Positions 49,350 through 60,262 of a DNA stretch of 64,000 nucleotides are shown here, piece after piece. The number at the start of each line of letters is the position of its first letter. The stretch's first letter is position 1. The stretch spans positions 544,001 through 608,000 of the forward strand of contig CAVQEQ010000003.1 of assembly GCA_963711565.1 (NCBI GenBank), given 5' to 3'. The translations under genes were made by a program, and so were the position numbers. Origin of the DNA: an uncultured delta proteobacterium. Lineage in GTDB: Bacteria > Desulfobacterota > Binatia > Binatales > Binataceae. The notes beneath the pieces were generated by a model that worked only from the letters and a program-made list of their open reading frames with translations, was not told the DNA's origin and ran no database searches.

Positions 49350-49544
49350 CTACTGAATGACTGGCTTGTCGTGTACTTGTAGCTTGCGCAGACTCTCATC
49401 GATGGCATAGGCAAGTTCGCCATAGGCGGAGGGCTCGAGCCGAAGCGTCAGGCATCCGATAGTTAGATGAACGATACCGCAGTCGCAGGCATCGATCTTG
49501 AAGGTTCCGCATTCGGCGAGCCTATGTCTCTCACATCCTTCCAT
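49350..49544 (-). CDS. Small Cys-rich hypothetical protein
   Basis: 64 aa, 5 Cys including CDCGIVHLTIG; directly downstream of the TonB receptor. Confidence 0.6.
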   Translation of the reverse strand: MEGCERHRLAECGTFKIDACDCGIVHLTIGCLTLRLEPSAYGELAYAIDESLRKLQVHDKPVIQ

Positions 49545-49558
49545 AGGAGTACTCACAA

Positions 49559-51964
49559 TCACTTGCTCAACGCGGGCAGTGGAATCGTCAAAGTGTCATA
49601 GACAGTTATTCTCGGACCATAGGCGGCCTGGAAGATTCCGATACCCTCGGCCGGCCGAATCAGGTTGGTGCGATCGAAAATGTTAAGGAGTGTGATTCTA
49701 TTCGTCACCTCACCGATCGATGGCACTTGGAAGCCCCGCTGCACCGCAAGGTTTACCTGCACCACGTGCGGCAGCGATTCCAAATCGGCAAAGCCTCCCC
49801 TCAGACCGCTGCTGTAGATAACGTCGGAGCTGAACTCCCACGGCTTCCATCGATAGGTGATCCCGCCCGCGGCGCCGTAGAGCGGCTGATGGTCGAGCAC
49901 GATGTAGTGACGGTTTATGTAGCCGAGCTCATCGGGATCGAAGTTGAATTGTCCGGTCGCCACACCTTTCTGCATATTTCTACCGATAGTTGTGCTGGCA
50001 TGGGCCGAGAGGTGTTCGCCGTTGTAAGTTATCGCGGTTTCGGTGCCCCAGATGTAACCGTGCTTGTAGTTGAAGGGCGCGAAAATCGGCACGCTGCCAA
50101 ACTGCCCGGTATCCAGGTAGTGCTTGTTGTATTCGTAGAAAGCATCTTCCGAAACCGTGATGCCTTTCATCAGTTGATGAACTACACCCGCATCCCACTC
50201 GTAGTCGTCTTCAGTCTCAGGGTTGACACTTCCCGTTCCAGCGAATCCTGTCGTGCCGGCAAACGCGGCGGGAGCGCCCGGCGAAATTCCCTGGAAGCTC
50301 GGCACTTCCATATAGCGGGCAAAACCGGCGTGAAGGGTGGTGTCAGGCCGCGGCAAATAGACGAAATTGATATTGGGGTCGATCTGATTGTTGTAGGTAT
50401 AGCCGCTCAACCGATCCCATCGAACGCCGAAGCTGGCGCGCAGCTTCTCGGTGAGCTGCCATGTATCTTCCAGATAGATGCCGGACAGCAGGTTGATCTT
50501 GTTGGAATTGTTGATCACGCGCACCGGAGTCAGATGAGCGGGCGGCGGCGGTGTCGGAAGTGCGAACACCAGGGAGTTATCGTCGGACTCCACCCCGTAT
50601 TCGCCGAGATAGCCGCCCGCGCCGAGCGTGTGGTCGCCAAACTTATAAGTGACGTCGCCTTGCAGAGTATTATCGAAGTCGCTGTGAAAGGCGGTCGAGG
50701 CGACGCCCTGATAAATAAGTTCACCTACGTTGTCCGGCGTGTAGGTCTGCGAGATATAGTGAGTCGCATAGGCGAGCTGGTAGGTAAGTCCCGGCGCCGG
50801 CGCTCCATTCAGTGCAAGAATTCCCATGTAGTCACGAAAGTTGAGATAGGAATTGATATCGGCCGAGGGATAGTTACCGGTACCCACCAGCCCGAACTCG
50901 GGAGGAAGGTTGGCCTGGTTGGGGAGTTCGTTGTTGCTGGCGGATACAGACGTAATGAGACTCAGCTTGGTAGTTGGGTTCAAAGCATAGGTAAAAGAAC
51001 CAAAACCCTGACCCTGAATCGTAGAGTTATGGATAGCATCGGGCGCCGGCGTGGCGGAGCTAAAGGCGCTGTTGCTCATGCTATAAAGCCCGTTGACGTA
51101 GTAGCTGAACTTGCCGTCGCATCCGCCGTACTGAAAGCTCGGCTGGACGGTATCGCGCTGCCCGCCATACATGCCGGCACTGCCGCCTGGCTGTTCGCAT
51201 CCGTCCTTGGTTTCAATGCTCACCACTCCGCCTTGGGCGTAGCTGTAGCGCGCCGGCAGGATGCCATCGAGCAGACTCATCTGCTTGATGAACATCGGAT
51301 TGATCATCGAGATGAACGGTGGATTGGTATTGATGTCGAGCGGAACCGTAACGCCGTTGATCTCATACTGAAACTGGGGGCCTTCAAAGTTGCGGATGTG
51401 GATTTGCTGATTTTGATCGATCGCGACGCCCGGCATCTGGGCCAACACGTCGGTGATGTTGGTATTCTCGCCCTGCGGCAGATTGGAAATGTCCTGCGCC
51501 GTCATCGTGAACTTGTTCGAGCCCGTCGTCGAGACGCTATTCTGAGCGCGAATCAGACTGGCCTGCACCGGAACCTTCAACGCGGTCTCAGCGCCAAGCG
51601 CCAGTGAGATCGGCCCTGCAGTGCTGCGCGGAAAGTCGACAATCTTGTTTGCCGACTTGAAACCGGGCTTCGACGCTTCGAGCGAATAGATGCCGGGTTT
51701 TGCGGGAGCGATTTTGAAGTGTCCGGCCTGATCGGTGGATGCGTGCGCGATCGCGGCGCCATTGCTATCGAGCAATTCAAGCTTCACCTGCGCCAGCGAC
51801 CGGCCGAGCGTGTCGGTGACGGTACCGGAAATCGGTTGAGCGGCCGCTGAACAAACAGACGCGACGCCCAGCACCAGCGATATTGTGGACGCAAGCGCGA
51901 TAACCATCCAACGGGCTTTCGTGCCGGCGCTGGGTCTAGGGAATTCCGTGAACGATTGACTCAT
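49559..51964 (-). CDS. TonB-dependent receptor with N-terminal carboxypeptidase-regulatory-like domain
   Basis: Signal, ISGTVTD..G domain, plug (LAQMPGV, HIRN, GGVVSIETK), barrel strands, LNIFD. Confidence 0.9.
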   Translation of the reverse strand: MSQSFTEFPRPSAGTKARWMVIALASTISLVLGVASVCSAAAQPISGTVTDTLGRSLAQVKLELLDSNGAAIAHASTDQAGHFKIAPAKPGIYSLEASKPGFKSANKIVDFPRSTAGPISLALGAETALKVPVQASLIRAQNSVSTTGSNKFTMTAQDISNLPQGENTNITDVLAQMPGVAIDQNQQIHIRNFEGPQFQYEINGVTVPLDINTNPPFISMINPMFIKQMSLLDGILPARYSYAQGGVVSIETKDGCEQPGGSAGMYGGQRDTVQPSFQYGGCDGKFSYYVNGLYSMSNSAFSSATPAPDAIHNSTIQGQGFGSFTYALNPTTKLSLITSVSASNNELPNQANLPPEFGLVGTGNYPSADINSYLNFRDYMGILALNGAPAPGLTYQLAYATHYISQTYTPDNVGELIYQGVASTAFHSDFDNTLQGDVTYKFGDHTLGAGGYLGEYGVESDDNSLVFALPTPPPPAHLTPVRVINNSNKINLLSGIYLEDTWQLTEKLRASFGVRWDRLSGYTYNNQIDPNINFVYLPRPDTTLHAGFARYMEVPSFQGISPGAPAAFAGTTGFAGTGSVNPETEDDYEWDAGVVHQLMKGITVSEDAFYEYNKHYLDTGQFGSVPIFAPFNYKHGYIWGTETAITYNGEHLSAHASTTIGRNMQKGVATGQFNFDPDELGYINRHYIVLDHQPLYGAAGGITYRWKPWEFSSDVIYSSGLRGGFADLESLPHVVQVNLAVQRGFQVPSIGEVTNRITLLNIFDRTNLIRPAEGIGIFQAAYGPRITVYDTLTIPLPALSK

Positions 51965-51980
51965 GCTTCCACCAAGCCGA

Positions 51981-51999
51981 ATTGAGAATGATTCTCAAT
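51981..51999. promoter_or_regulatory. Fur-family box
   Basis: Perfect 9-1-9 palindrome attgagaat-g-attctcaat, 17 bp upstream of the TonB receptor ATG. Confidence 0.85.
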
Positions 52000-52087
52000 A
52001 TCTAGATTGCCGGAGATTGTCAACCGTCCGCTCCAGTCGCCGCAAGCGGACTCGAGGGTGCTACGAAGTCAGCTCAGAACGTGAGAG

Positions 52088-52468
52088 TCACTGATTGGAC
52101 TTGGGAGCGGTCACTTCGGTAAACGCGCGGATCGCTTCGATCGCGGTCGGCACGCCGCTGTACTGCGAGACGTGGACGATCAGTTCCTTGATTTCTTCGG
52201 GCGGGATGCCGAGGTTCAGCGCTCCGCGCATGTGAAGCCGCAGCTCGGGCCCGCGCCCGAGCGCCATCAGCGCGGTCATCGTGATCAGCGAACGCAATTT
52301 GACTGGCAGGCCGGGGCGATTCCAAATCGTGCCAAACAGTTGTTCGTTCAGAAAGGTGGCGAAGCCTTCGTCGAAATTTCGAAGAAATTTGTCGCCGTCC
52401 TGCGCGGCCTTCTCGCCCCACAACTTCGTGCGCAACTCCATTCCTTTTTTTGCTGAATCGTCAGACAT
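52088..52468 (-). CDS. Carboxymuconolactone decarboxylase family protein
   Basis: FGTIWNRPGL..RSLIT..ELRLHMRGALNLG..YSGVP. Confidence 0.9.
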   Translation of the reverse strand: MSDDSAKKGMELRTKLWGEKAAQDGDKFLRNFDEGFATFLNEQLFGTIWNRPGLPVKLRSLITMTALMALGRGPELRLHMRGALNLGIPPEEIKELIVHVSQYSGVPTAIEAIRAFTEVTAPKSNQ

Positions 52469-52498
52469 GAGAACACCTCCGCGGTGATGTTGTGACAG

Positions 52499-53278
52499 TT
52501 ATGCGTTGCGTATCATCAGGCCGCCGTCAACCGGGATGATCGCGCCGGTGATGTACGAAGCGGCGGGAAGGCAGAGGCTGAACGTGATGTGCGCGACTTC
52601 TTCCGGATAGCCGTATCGCTTAAGCGCGGTGCGGCGCTTGGCGAAGATCGTCTTGTGCTCTTCGGGTATCGCGTCGGTCAGCGCGGTGCGAATCGGTCCG
52701 GGACAGATGCAGTTGACTGTAATTCCTTCGGGGCCAAGATCGACCGCCAGCGCGCGCGTGAGTCCAATCACTCCCGTCTTCGCGACCGCGTACGGGCTGT
52801 CGCCGGGCGTCGCGCCGAGGCCCTCGGTCGATGCGATGTTGACGATTCGCGCGGCGTCGGACTTGCGCAGATGCACGAGCGCGGCGCGGACCATCCGCTG
52901 TTGCGCGGTCAGCAGTCCTCCGATCGTACGGTCCCAAATCTTGTCGTAGTCGTCGGCACCGAGGGGGGAGAAGCCGCCGAAGCCGGCGTTGTTGATCAGG
53001 ATGTCAAGGCGGCCGAAGCGCGCGGCGACCTCGCCGACGACGCGTTTGATCTCAGCGTGATCGAGAACGTCGAGGCGCCATCCGTGCGCGATGCCACCGG
53101 CGGCGGCGATTTCCTCGACGACCCGCGCCACGCCCGCTGCGTTGATGTCGGTGACCGCGACGAGCGCGCCTTCATCCGCAAACAAATGAGCGGTCGCGCG
53201 GCCCATCCCGCTGGCAGCGCCGGTAACGATCACGCCGCGCCCCTTCACCGAACGATCGAGTTTCTTCACTGGCTCCAC
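52499..53278 (-). CDS. Short-chain dehydrogenase/reductase
   Basis: TGAASGMG, NNAG, YAVAK, PGPIRT, VDGG. Confidence 0.93.
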   Translation of the reverse strand: MEPVKKLDRSVKGRGVIVTGAASGMGRATAHLFADEGALVAVTDINAAGVARVVEEIAAAGGIAHGWRLDVLDHAEIKRVVGEVAARFGRLDILINNAGFGGFSPLGADDYDKIWDRTIGGLLTAQQRMVRAALVHLRKSDAARIVNIASTEGLGATPGDSPYAVAKTGVIGLTRALAVDLGPEGITVNCICPGPIRTALTDAIPEEHKTIFAKRRTALKRYGYPEEVAHITFSLCLPAASYITGAIIPVDGGLMIRNA

Positions 53279-53373
53279 TTTATTTCTCCGTGTCTGACGA
53301 TTGTCGAGCTATCACACTCGATGTTAGTTGGGGTAGTGAAACGAGTGATCGTCACCACGAACGGAGAAATCTG

Positions 53374-54165
53374 ATGGAATTCGAACGCGTAAAACTCGAC
53401 ATCGAAGGTCCCGTCGGTATCGTAACGCTCAATCATCCCGAAGTCATGAATGCCGTCTCGGCCGAGATGCTCAGCGGGCTGATGAAGGCGCTCGATCACG
53501 TCGAGGATCCGAAGAACGGCGTGCGATGCGTGCTGATGACCGGCGCGGGCCGCGGCTTTTGTGCCGGCGCCAATTTGCAGCCGAGCGGCGGCGGTCCCAG
53601 CGGCTCGCGCGACGCCGGCTCCGTGCTCGAAACGCAATACCATCCATTCCTGCGACGCCTGCGCGAACTGCCGATTCCATTCGTGACCGCGGTGAACGGC
53701 GCTGCGGCCGGCGTCGGGATGAGCTTCGCGCTGATGGGCGACCTCGTGCTGTGCGCGCGATCGGCGTATTTCCTGCAAGCGTTCCGCCGTATCGGCCTGA
53801 TTCCCGATGGAGGTTCGACCTGGATTCTGCCGCGGCTCGTCGGCAAGGCGCGCGCGATGGAGCTTTCGCTGCTGGCAGAGAAATTGCCGGCCGACAAAGC
53901 GCTCGAATGGGGCCTCATCAACCGAGTCTTCGACGATGCGGAGCTGATTGCGAAAGCGAAAGAGATCGCGCGCGACCTTGCGAGTGGGCCGACGGTCGCA
54001 CTCAGCCTGATTCGGCGGCTCTACTGGGAAAGCGCCGACAATACCTATGAGGAACAGATCAACCTCGAGCGTCAGATGCAGCGCAAGGCCGGCAACACAG
54101 CGGACTTCGCCGAAGGCGTGCGCGCGTTCCTCGAGAAGCGTCCCGCGAAGTTCAAAGGTGAATGA
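53374..54165 (+). CDS. Enoyl-CoA hydratase/isomerase (PaaG-like)
   Basis: GRGFCAGANL, VNGAAAGVG, IGLIPDGG, EGVRAFLEKR. Confidence 0.92.
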   Translation: MEFERVKLDIEGPVGIVTLNHPEVMNAVSAEMLSGLMKALDHVEDPKNGVRCVLMTGAGRGFCAGANLQPSGGGPSGSRDAGSVLETQYHPFLRRLRELPIPFVTAVNGAAAGVGMSFALMGDLVLCARSAYFLQAFRRIGLIPDGGSTWILPRLVGKARAMELSLLAEKLPADKALEWGLINRVFDDAELIAKAKEIARDLASGPTVALSLIRRLYWESADNTYEEQINLERQMQRKAGNTADFAEGVRAFLEKRPAKFKGE

Positions 54166-55199
54166 CCATGGCGAACACCGAAAAAGATCGCGACGCGTGG
54201 TTGGCGCAAGTCAGTGAGGATGCGCTCGAGCCGGAACTGCCGATTGTCGATCCGCATCATCACCTGTGGGACCATCCGGGCAGCCGCTACATGCTCGACG
54301 AGATTTTGCGCGATACCAATTCGGGGCATCGCGTGCTCGCGACGGTGTTCGTCGAGTGCATGTCGATGTATCGCGCCGACGGCCCGGAACCGATGCGGCC
54401 GGTCGGTGAGACGGAGTTCGTCAACGGCATCGCAGCGCAAAGCGCGAGCGGGCAATACGGCGAGACTCGCGTCGCGGCTGGAATCGTCGGCTTTGCGGAT
54501 CTGACGCTGGGCGACGCGGTAGTGCCCGTTCTCGAGGCGCATATCGCGGCGGCGCGGGCGCGTTTTCGCGGCATCCGGCACGCGGGCGGCTTCGACGCGA
54601 GTCCCGACGTGAGGAATTCGCACACCAATCCGCCGCCGGATTTGTACGAATCGAAGCGTTTTCGCGAAGGCTTCGGCAAGTTGAAGGGATTAAATCTCAG
54701 CTTCGAGGCGTGGCAGTACCATCCGCAGATGCCGGCGGTGACTGCGCTCGCGAAGGCGTTCCCGGATACGACGATCGTGCTCAATCACTTTGGCGGACCG
54801 CTGGGGATCGGTCCCTACGAGGGCCGCCGCGCGGAAATATTCGGCGAATGGAAGAAGAACCTCACGGAGCTCGCGCGATGCCCGAACGTCGTGGCCAAGC
54901 TCGGCGGAATCAACATGCCGGTGAATGGCTTCGGGTGGCATCGCAGGCCCACGCCGCCAACCTCTGAAGAACTCGTATCGGCGACGCGCGACTACTATCT
55001 GCACGCGATCGATCAGTTTGGTCCGCGGCGATGCATGTTCGAAAGTAACTTCCCGGTGGACCGGGTTTCATGCTCGTACGTCGTGCTGTGGAACGCCTTC
55101 AAGAAAATCGCGGCCGGGTTCAATCGGGAGGAAAAAGCGCAGCTATTCCATCGCACCGCGGCTGAGGTCTATCGGCTGAAACTGGCGAATCCAGCCTGA
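54162..55199 (+). CDS. Amidohydrolase family protein
   Basis: DPHHHLWD, FRGIRH, LNHFG, MFESNFPVD. Confidence 0.9.
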   Translation: MTMANTEKDRDAWLAQVSEDALEPELPIVDPHHHLWDHPGSRYMLDEILRDTNSGHRVLATVFVECMSMYRADGPEPMRPVGETEFVNGIAAQSASGQYGETRVAAGIVGFADLTLGDAVVPVLEAHIAAARARFRGIRHAGGFDASPDVRNSHTNPPPDLYESKRFREGFGKLKGLNLSFEAWQYHPQMPAVTALAKAFPDTTIVLNHFGGPLGIGPYEGRRAEIFGEWKKNLTELARCPNVVAKLGGINMPVNGFGWHRRPTPPTSEELVSATRDYYLHAIDQFGPRRCMFESNFPVDRVSCSYVVLWNAFKKIAAGFNREEKAQLFHRTAAEVYRLKLANPA

Positions 55200-55306
55200 T
55201 CGCCCGTCGTAAAACTGCGTCGTTCGCTTCGATTGAACAATCTGTGCACCCGGTTGTCACGCCTTATTTGTGACAGCTCAGGCCGAGCAGACGAGGCAGG
55301 TGACTT

Positions 55307-55489
55307 ATGGCTACGACGCTTGCGCGGAAACGGGCGGCAGAGGTTAGTTCCGTTGGCTTTATCGATCGCGCGGGAAATTCGCGAAGGAAGACGGCGCTAT
55401 CCGGCCTTGTGGACGAGCTGGTGGTCGCGTTCTTCGTGGCGATGGCCGTCATGTGGGTCGTCACGACGATCGCCGGGATTTTTGGATAG
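55307..55489 (+). CDS. Small hypothetical protein with one C-terminal TM helix
   Basis: SD-like aggtga before ATG; hydrophobic C-terminus; fills the gap between convergent genes. Confidence 0.5.
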   Translation: MATTLARKRAAEVSSVGFIDRAGNSRRKTALSGLVDELVVAFFVAMAVMWVVTTIAGIFG

Positions 55490-55493
55490 ACGC

Positions 55494-56465
<972 letters not shown>

Positions 56466-56649
56466 GATGTCCTCGTCTACGTATTGAATAGCCGAATCGG
56501 CGCGGTGATCGGAAGCGCCGTTTTCTGTATTCACGGCGGGCGCCGACGAATGCGTGCGAATAGTACGATGCCAAGTTCTGTCGCTGAGAACGAGATGCTA
56601 AAATTGTAGCCTGGTTGTAGCGGGGATCGCGTCGTAAGAGGGAGGATTC

Positions 56650-59487
56650 GTGACGAGCGTTGGCGGCGGGGTACGGTCCGCATCTTCATACTCAGCTCTG
56701 CGTGCGGCCGTTGCGTCATTGGTCCTCACTGTCACGATTTTGGTCGCGGCGGGCGCGCATGCCCAGGTAAGCGCGGGCAACGCCAAGACCGGCAAGTTGG
56801 TGAGCAAGCTTGCCGTGACGCCGAAGCAACTGGACTTCAGCCGAATACATCTATCGAGCGGGACCGTAACAGAAGCCAAGTCCTTCACCATCGAGGACAC
56901 TGGCGGGGTTGCCCTCTCGGTAACCGTTGGAGCACCAAGCGGAAGCCAATTCTTCACGATATTGTCGGGACAGGGAACGGCGGTGATTCAGCCGCACGGC
57001 GCTTCAACCGTCACGGTGGAATTTGCGCCGCTCCACTCTTCGAAGAGTTTCACGGCAAGCATCGCGATCGACAGCGACGCGACCGCCGGCACCGCCAAGG
57101 ATAAAGTCAAGCTGACGGGATCCGCAAAAGGATCGCTACCGGCCACGCCCACCGCAACCGCGACTGCGACGCCGACCGCCTCGGCAACGCCCACGGCTAC
57201 TGCAACGCTCACGGCCACCGCCACTGGTACTGCAACAAGAACTGCCACGGCAACCGCAACGGCCACTTCGACCGCGACCCCTACCGCCACCGCGACTCAT
57301 ACTGCAACGCCAACGGCTACAGCTACTGCAACGCCGACGGCCACAGCCACCGCGACTGCAACGAGAACGGTCACTGCAACACCATCGGCCACCGCAACGA
57401 GAACTGCCACGGAAACCGCAACGGCCACTGCGACCGCCACTCTTACTGCAACGCGGACGGCCACGGCCACCGTCTCTGCTACGCCAACAGCCACTGCGAC
57501 CGCGACGCTTACAGCGACCGCTACCGCGACCTCAACGGCCACGGCAACACTCACGGTCACTGCGACGGCAACTGCAACCCTGACCGCAACGCCAACCGCG
57601 ACCGCGACTGTGACGGCAACGCCCACCGCTACCGCGACCTCAACGCCGACGACCACCGCAACTGCGACGGCAACGCCCACGGCGACAGTAACTGCGACAG
57701 CGAGCAGGACAGTGACCGCAACTGCGACGCCGACATCCGCCGCGACAACGACGGCGACTCGAACTGTAACGCCGACATCCACGGCGACCGCAACTCAGAC
57801 TGCAACCGCAACGTCAACCGCCAACGGCACGGCGACTCGAACCGCTACGGCGACTGCAACGCTTACTCCGACCGCAACGGCGACCCCGACTCTGACGGCG
57901 ACGGCCACATCAACCGCCGCCGCTACATCAACGGCGACTTCGACCTCCAGCGCGACGCCTACACCCGCCGTCCAGACCGACGTGCTGACCTATCACAACG
58001 ATATCGAGCGCACCGGCCAAAATCTGACCGAAAGCGTTCTGACGACCAGCAACATCAACAACGTCACCAACCCAACGCCTTCGTTCGGTCAGCTGTTCCA
58101 GGATTCGGTTGATGGACTGGTTGACGCGCAGCCGCTCATCAAGACGCAGGTGAGTATCCCGGGCCATGGCGTACACGACGTGCTCTACGTCGTCACCGAG
58201 AATGACAGCGTCTACGCGTTTGACGCCGACACGAGCGGGCCGCCTCTTTGGCAGGTATCGGTGGTCGGCACAGGTGAGACTCCCTCGGATCCGCGGGGAT
58301 GCAGCCAGGTGCCGAACCAAATCGGCATCACCTCGACGCCGGTTATCGATCCTTCGGCGGGCCCCAACGGCACCATTTACCTGGTGGCAATGTCCAAGAA
58401 CACGACGACCAGCGCCTACATCCAGCGCCTCCACGCGCTCGACATGACGACCGGCGCCGAAGAATTCGGCGGTCCAGCTACCGTCACGGCAACTTTTTCT
58501 CCCGGTCCCGCTTTCAGTCCGGGGCAGTACAAGGAACGCGCGGCATTGCTCCTGCTCAACGGCCAGATCATCACCACATGGGCATCGCATTGCGATGACA
58601 AGCCGTACAACGGCTGGATCATGGCCTACGATCAGAACACGCTGGCGCAGACTTCCGTTCTGGATATCACTCCCAGCGGCAGCGAAGGCGCGATTTGGCA
58701 GGCCGGAGGCGGACCGGCGGCTGACAGCTCGGGCAACATCTATCTGCTGGACGGCAACGGTACGTTCGACACGACTCTCACCGCGCAGGAATTCCCGAGC
58801 AAAGGAGATTTCGGCAACGGTTTCCTCAAACTGTCGAACTCGAGCGGATTACAGGTCACCGACTTCTTCGAGCCTTACGACACCGTCAACGAGTCGAACG
58901 AAGACGCTGATTTGGGCTCGGGCGCATCGATGGTGTTGCCCGACATGACCGACTCGACCGGCACGACCAAGTCTCTCGCGGTCGGCGCCGGCAAGGACGG
59001 CAACATCTACCTCGTCGATCGCACTAACATGGGCAAATGGAACTCCACGAGCAACAACAATCTAAACGCCTACCAGGTACTGACGGGAGCATTGGACAAC
59101 GGCGAATGGGCGGTGCCGGCGTATTTCAATTTCACTCTTTACTATGGCGGAGTGAGCGAACCACTTCAGGCGTTCGGGTTTACGCAGGCCAAGCTCGGAG
59201 CGATGCCGTCGTCGATCAGCAGCGAGACCTACGCCTACCCCGGGACGTCGCCGAGCATTTCGGCCAACGGCACGAGCAACGCAATCGTGTGGGCAATCGA
59301 GAATGGATCAAGCGGTGGAGTTCTGCACGCTTATGCGGCGACCAACCTGGCCACCGAATTGTACAACAGCAGCAAGGTGGCCGCGGACGGTTTCTCGGAC
59401 AACAAGTTCGTCACGCCGACTATCGCGAATGGCAAGGTGTACGTCGGTACGCCGAACAGCGTCGCGGTATTCGGGCTAAAGCCCTGA
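56650..59487 (+). CDS. Secreted modular protein: Ig-like domain, long Thr/Ala linker, PQQ-like beta-propeller domain
   Basis: Signal; VTPKQLDF Ig-like unit; about 275-aa TATATPT tract; VLTYHND..RTG, YAFDAD, GKDGNIY, KFVTPTIANGKVYVGT. Confidence 0.85.
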   Translation: MTSVGGGVRSASSYSALRAAVASLVLTVTILVAAGAHAQVSAGNAKTGKLVSKLAVTPKQLDFSRIHLSSGTVTEAKSFTIEDTGGVALSVTVGAPSGSQFFTILSGQGTAVIQPHGASTVTVEFAPLHSSKSFTASIAIDSDATAGTAKDKVKLTGSAKGSLPATPTATATATPTASATPTATATLTATATGTATRTATATATATSTATPTATATHTATPTATATATPTATATATATRTVTATPSATATRTATETATATATATLTATRTATATVSATPTATATATLTATATATSTATATLTVTATATATLTATPTATATVTATPTATATSTPTTTATATATPTATVTATASRTVTATATPTSAATTTATRTVTPTSTATATQTATATSTANGTATRTATATATLTPTATATPTLTATATSTAAATSTATSTSSATPTPAVQTDVLTYHNDIERTGQNLTESVLTTSNINNVTNPTPSFGQLFQDSVDGLVDAQPLIKTQVSIPGHGVHDVLYVVTENDSVYAFDADTSGPPLWQVSVVGTGETPSDPRGCSQVPNQIGITSTPVIDPSAGPNGTIYLVAMSKNTTTSAYIQRLHALDMTTGAEEFGGPATVTATFSPGPAFSPGQYKERAALLLLNGQIITTWASHCDDKPYNGWIMAYDQNTLAQTSVLDITPSGSEGAIWQAGGGPAADSSGNIYLLDGNGTFDTTLTAQEFPSKGDFGNGFLKLSNSSGLQVTDFFEPYDTVNESNEDADLGSGASMVLPDMTDSTGTTKSLAVGAGKDGNIYLVDRTNMGKWNSTSNNNLNAYQVLTGALDNGEWAVPAYFNFTLYYGGVSEPLQAFGFTQAKLGAMPSSISSETYAYPGTSPSISANGTSNAIVWAIENGSSGGVLHAYAATNLATELYNSSKVAADGFSDNKFVTPTIANGKVYVGTPNSVAVFGLKP
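57141..57968 (+). repeat. Low-complexity (ACN GCN)n tract encoding the Thr/Ala/Pro linker
   Basis: Degenerate hexamer periodicity with varied third positions. Confidence 0.85.
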
Positions 59488-60249
59488 GCCGGTACCGCTC
59501 GGATTCTTCCGGTTGGCGGCGATGAACCGAAGCATCAGCGCCTGCAGCTCCGCGCCATGTGGTCCGAACAGAATCGCGGTGCCGTGCGCGCGGCCCGGGT
59601 AAACCTCGATCGATTTCGGCGCCACCGCCGATCGAAACAGGATTTCCGGCTGCCCTCCGACCAATGGATCGCCGGCCGACGTAACAAACAGTATCGGCGC
59701 GCGAACGTGGCGGATTGAATCGGTAACCACGAGTCCGCCAAAGCTGGTCGGCACCGAGATGCAAATGATTCCCGCCACGTCCTCGCGCGCGGCTACCAGG
59801 ATTGCGGCCTCGGCGCCGAGACTCGCGCCTGCGATGAAGATCTGCGAGACGCGCCGGCGCATGAACTGGTAGGCGGCCAACAGGTCGGTGCCGGCGAACT
59901 CGGTGCCTGAAGTCCCCTCCGATTCAGTGAATCCGCGAAAATCAAAAGTCAGCGCCTGATAGCCGTGCGCCGCGAGTACTTGCGCAAAATCGGTCCAGTC
60001 GGACTGATCGGCGGGATACATATGCGCCAGGATCACGCCGGTCGAGCCGGTCCCATAAAGATGGCCGCGTAGCAGCACGCCGTCGGAAGTCGTGAACGAG
60101 ACGTGCTCGCCGCCGAGATCCTGCGGCTTACGCCGCGAATTCGGCGCGAAGCATCCCGCGACTAGCGTGAAGACGATCGAAAGCGCAACTGCGCCGCTCC
60201 TTCGCCGCGCTTGTAAGGAGCCTGATCGCTGGTAGTAAGATGGGGCCAT
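59476..60249 (-). CDS. Alpha/beta hydrolase, probable lipoprotein
   Basis: Lipobox LVAGC, FDFRG, GASLG, AHGT; start uncertain. Confidence 0.8.
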   Translation of the reverse strand: MAPSYYQRSGSLQARRRSGAVALSIVFTLVAGCFAPNSRRKPQDLGGEHVSFTTSDGVLLRGHLYGTGSTGVILAHMYPADQSDWTDFAQVLAAHGYQALTFDFRGFTESEGTSGTEFAGTDLLAAYQFMRRRVSQIFIAGASLGAEAAILVAAREDVAGIICISVPTSFGGLVVTDSIRHVRAPILFVTSAGDPLVGGQPEILFRSAVAPKSIEVYPGRAHGTAILFGPHGAELQALMLRFIAANRKNPSGTGSGL

Positions 60250-60262
60250 CGGAGGAAGCAAC

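Noticed and set aside
49727-51607. 626-aa plus-strand ORF and similar long antisense ORFs (e.g. 5632-7029, 29124-30389, 41919-43148)
   Set aside because: They mirror well-supported genes on the opposite strand and have no recognisable motifs; typical high-GC shadow ORFs.
57141-57968. Repetitive tract as CRISPR array or VNTR
   Set aside because: No constant repeat with unique spacers; it is in-frame degenerate Thr/Ala coding sequence.
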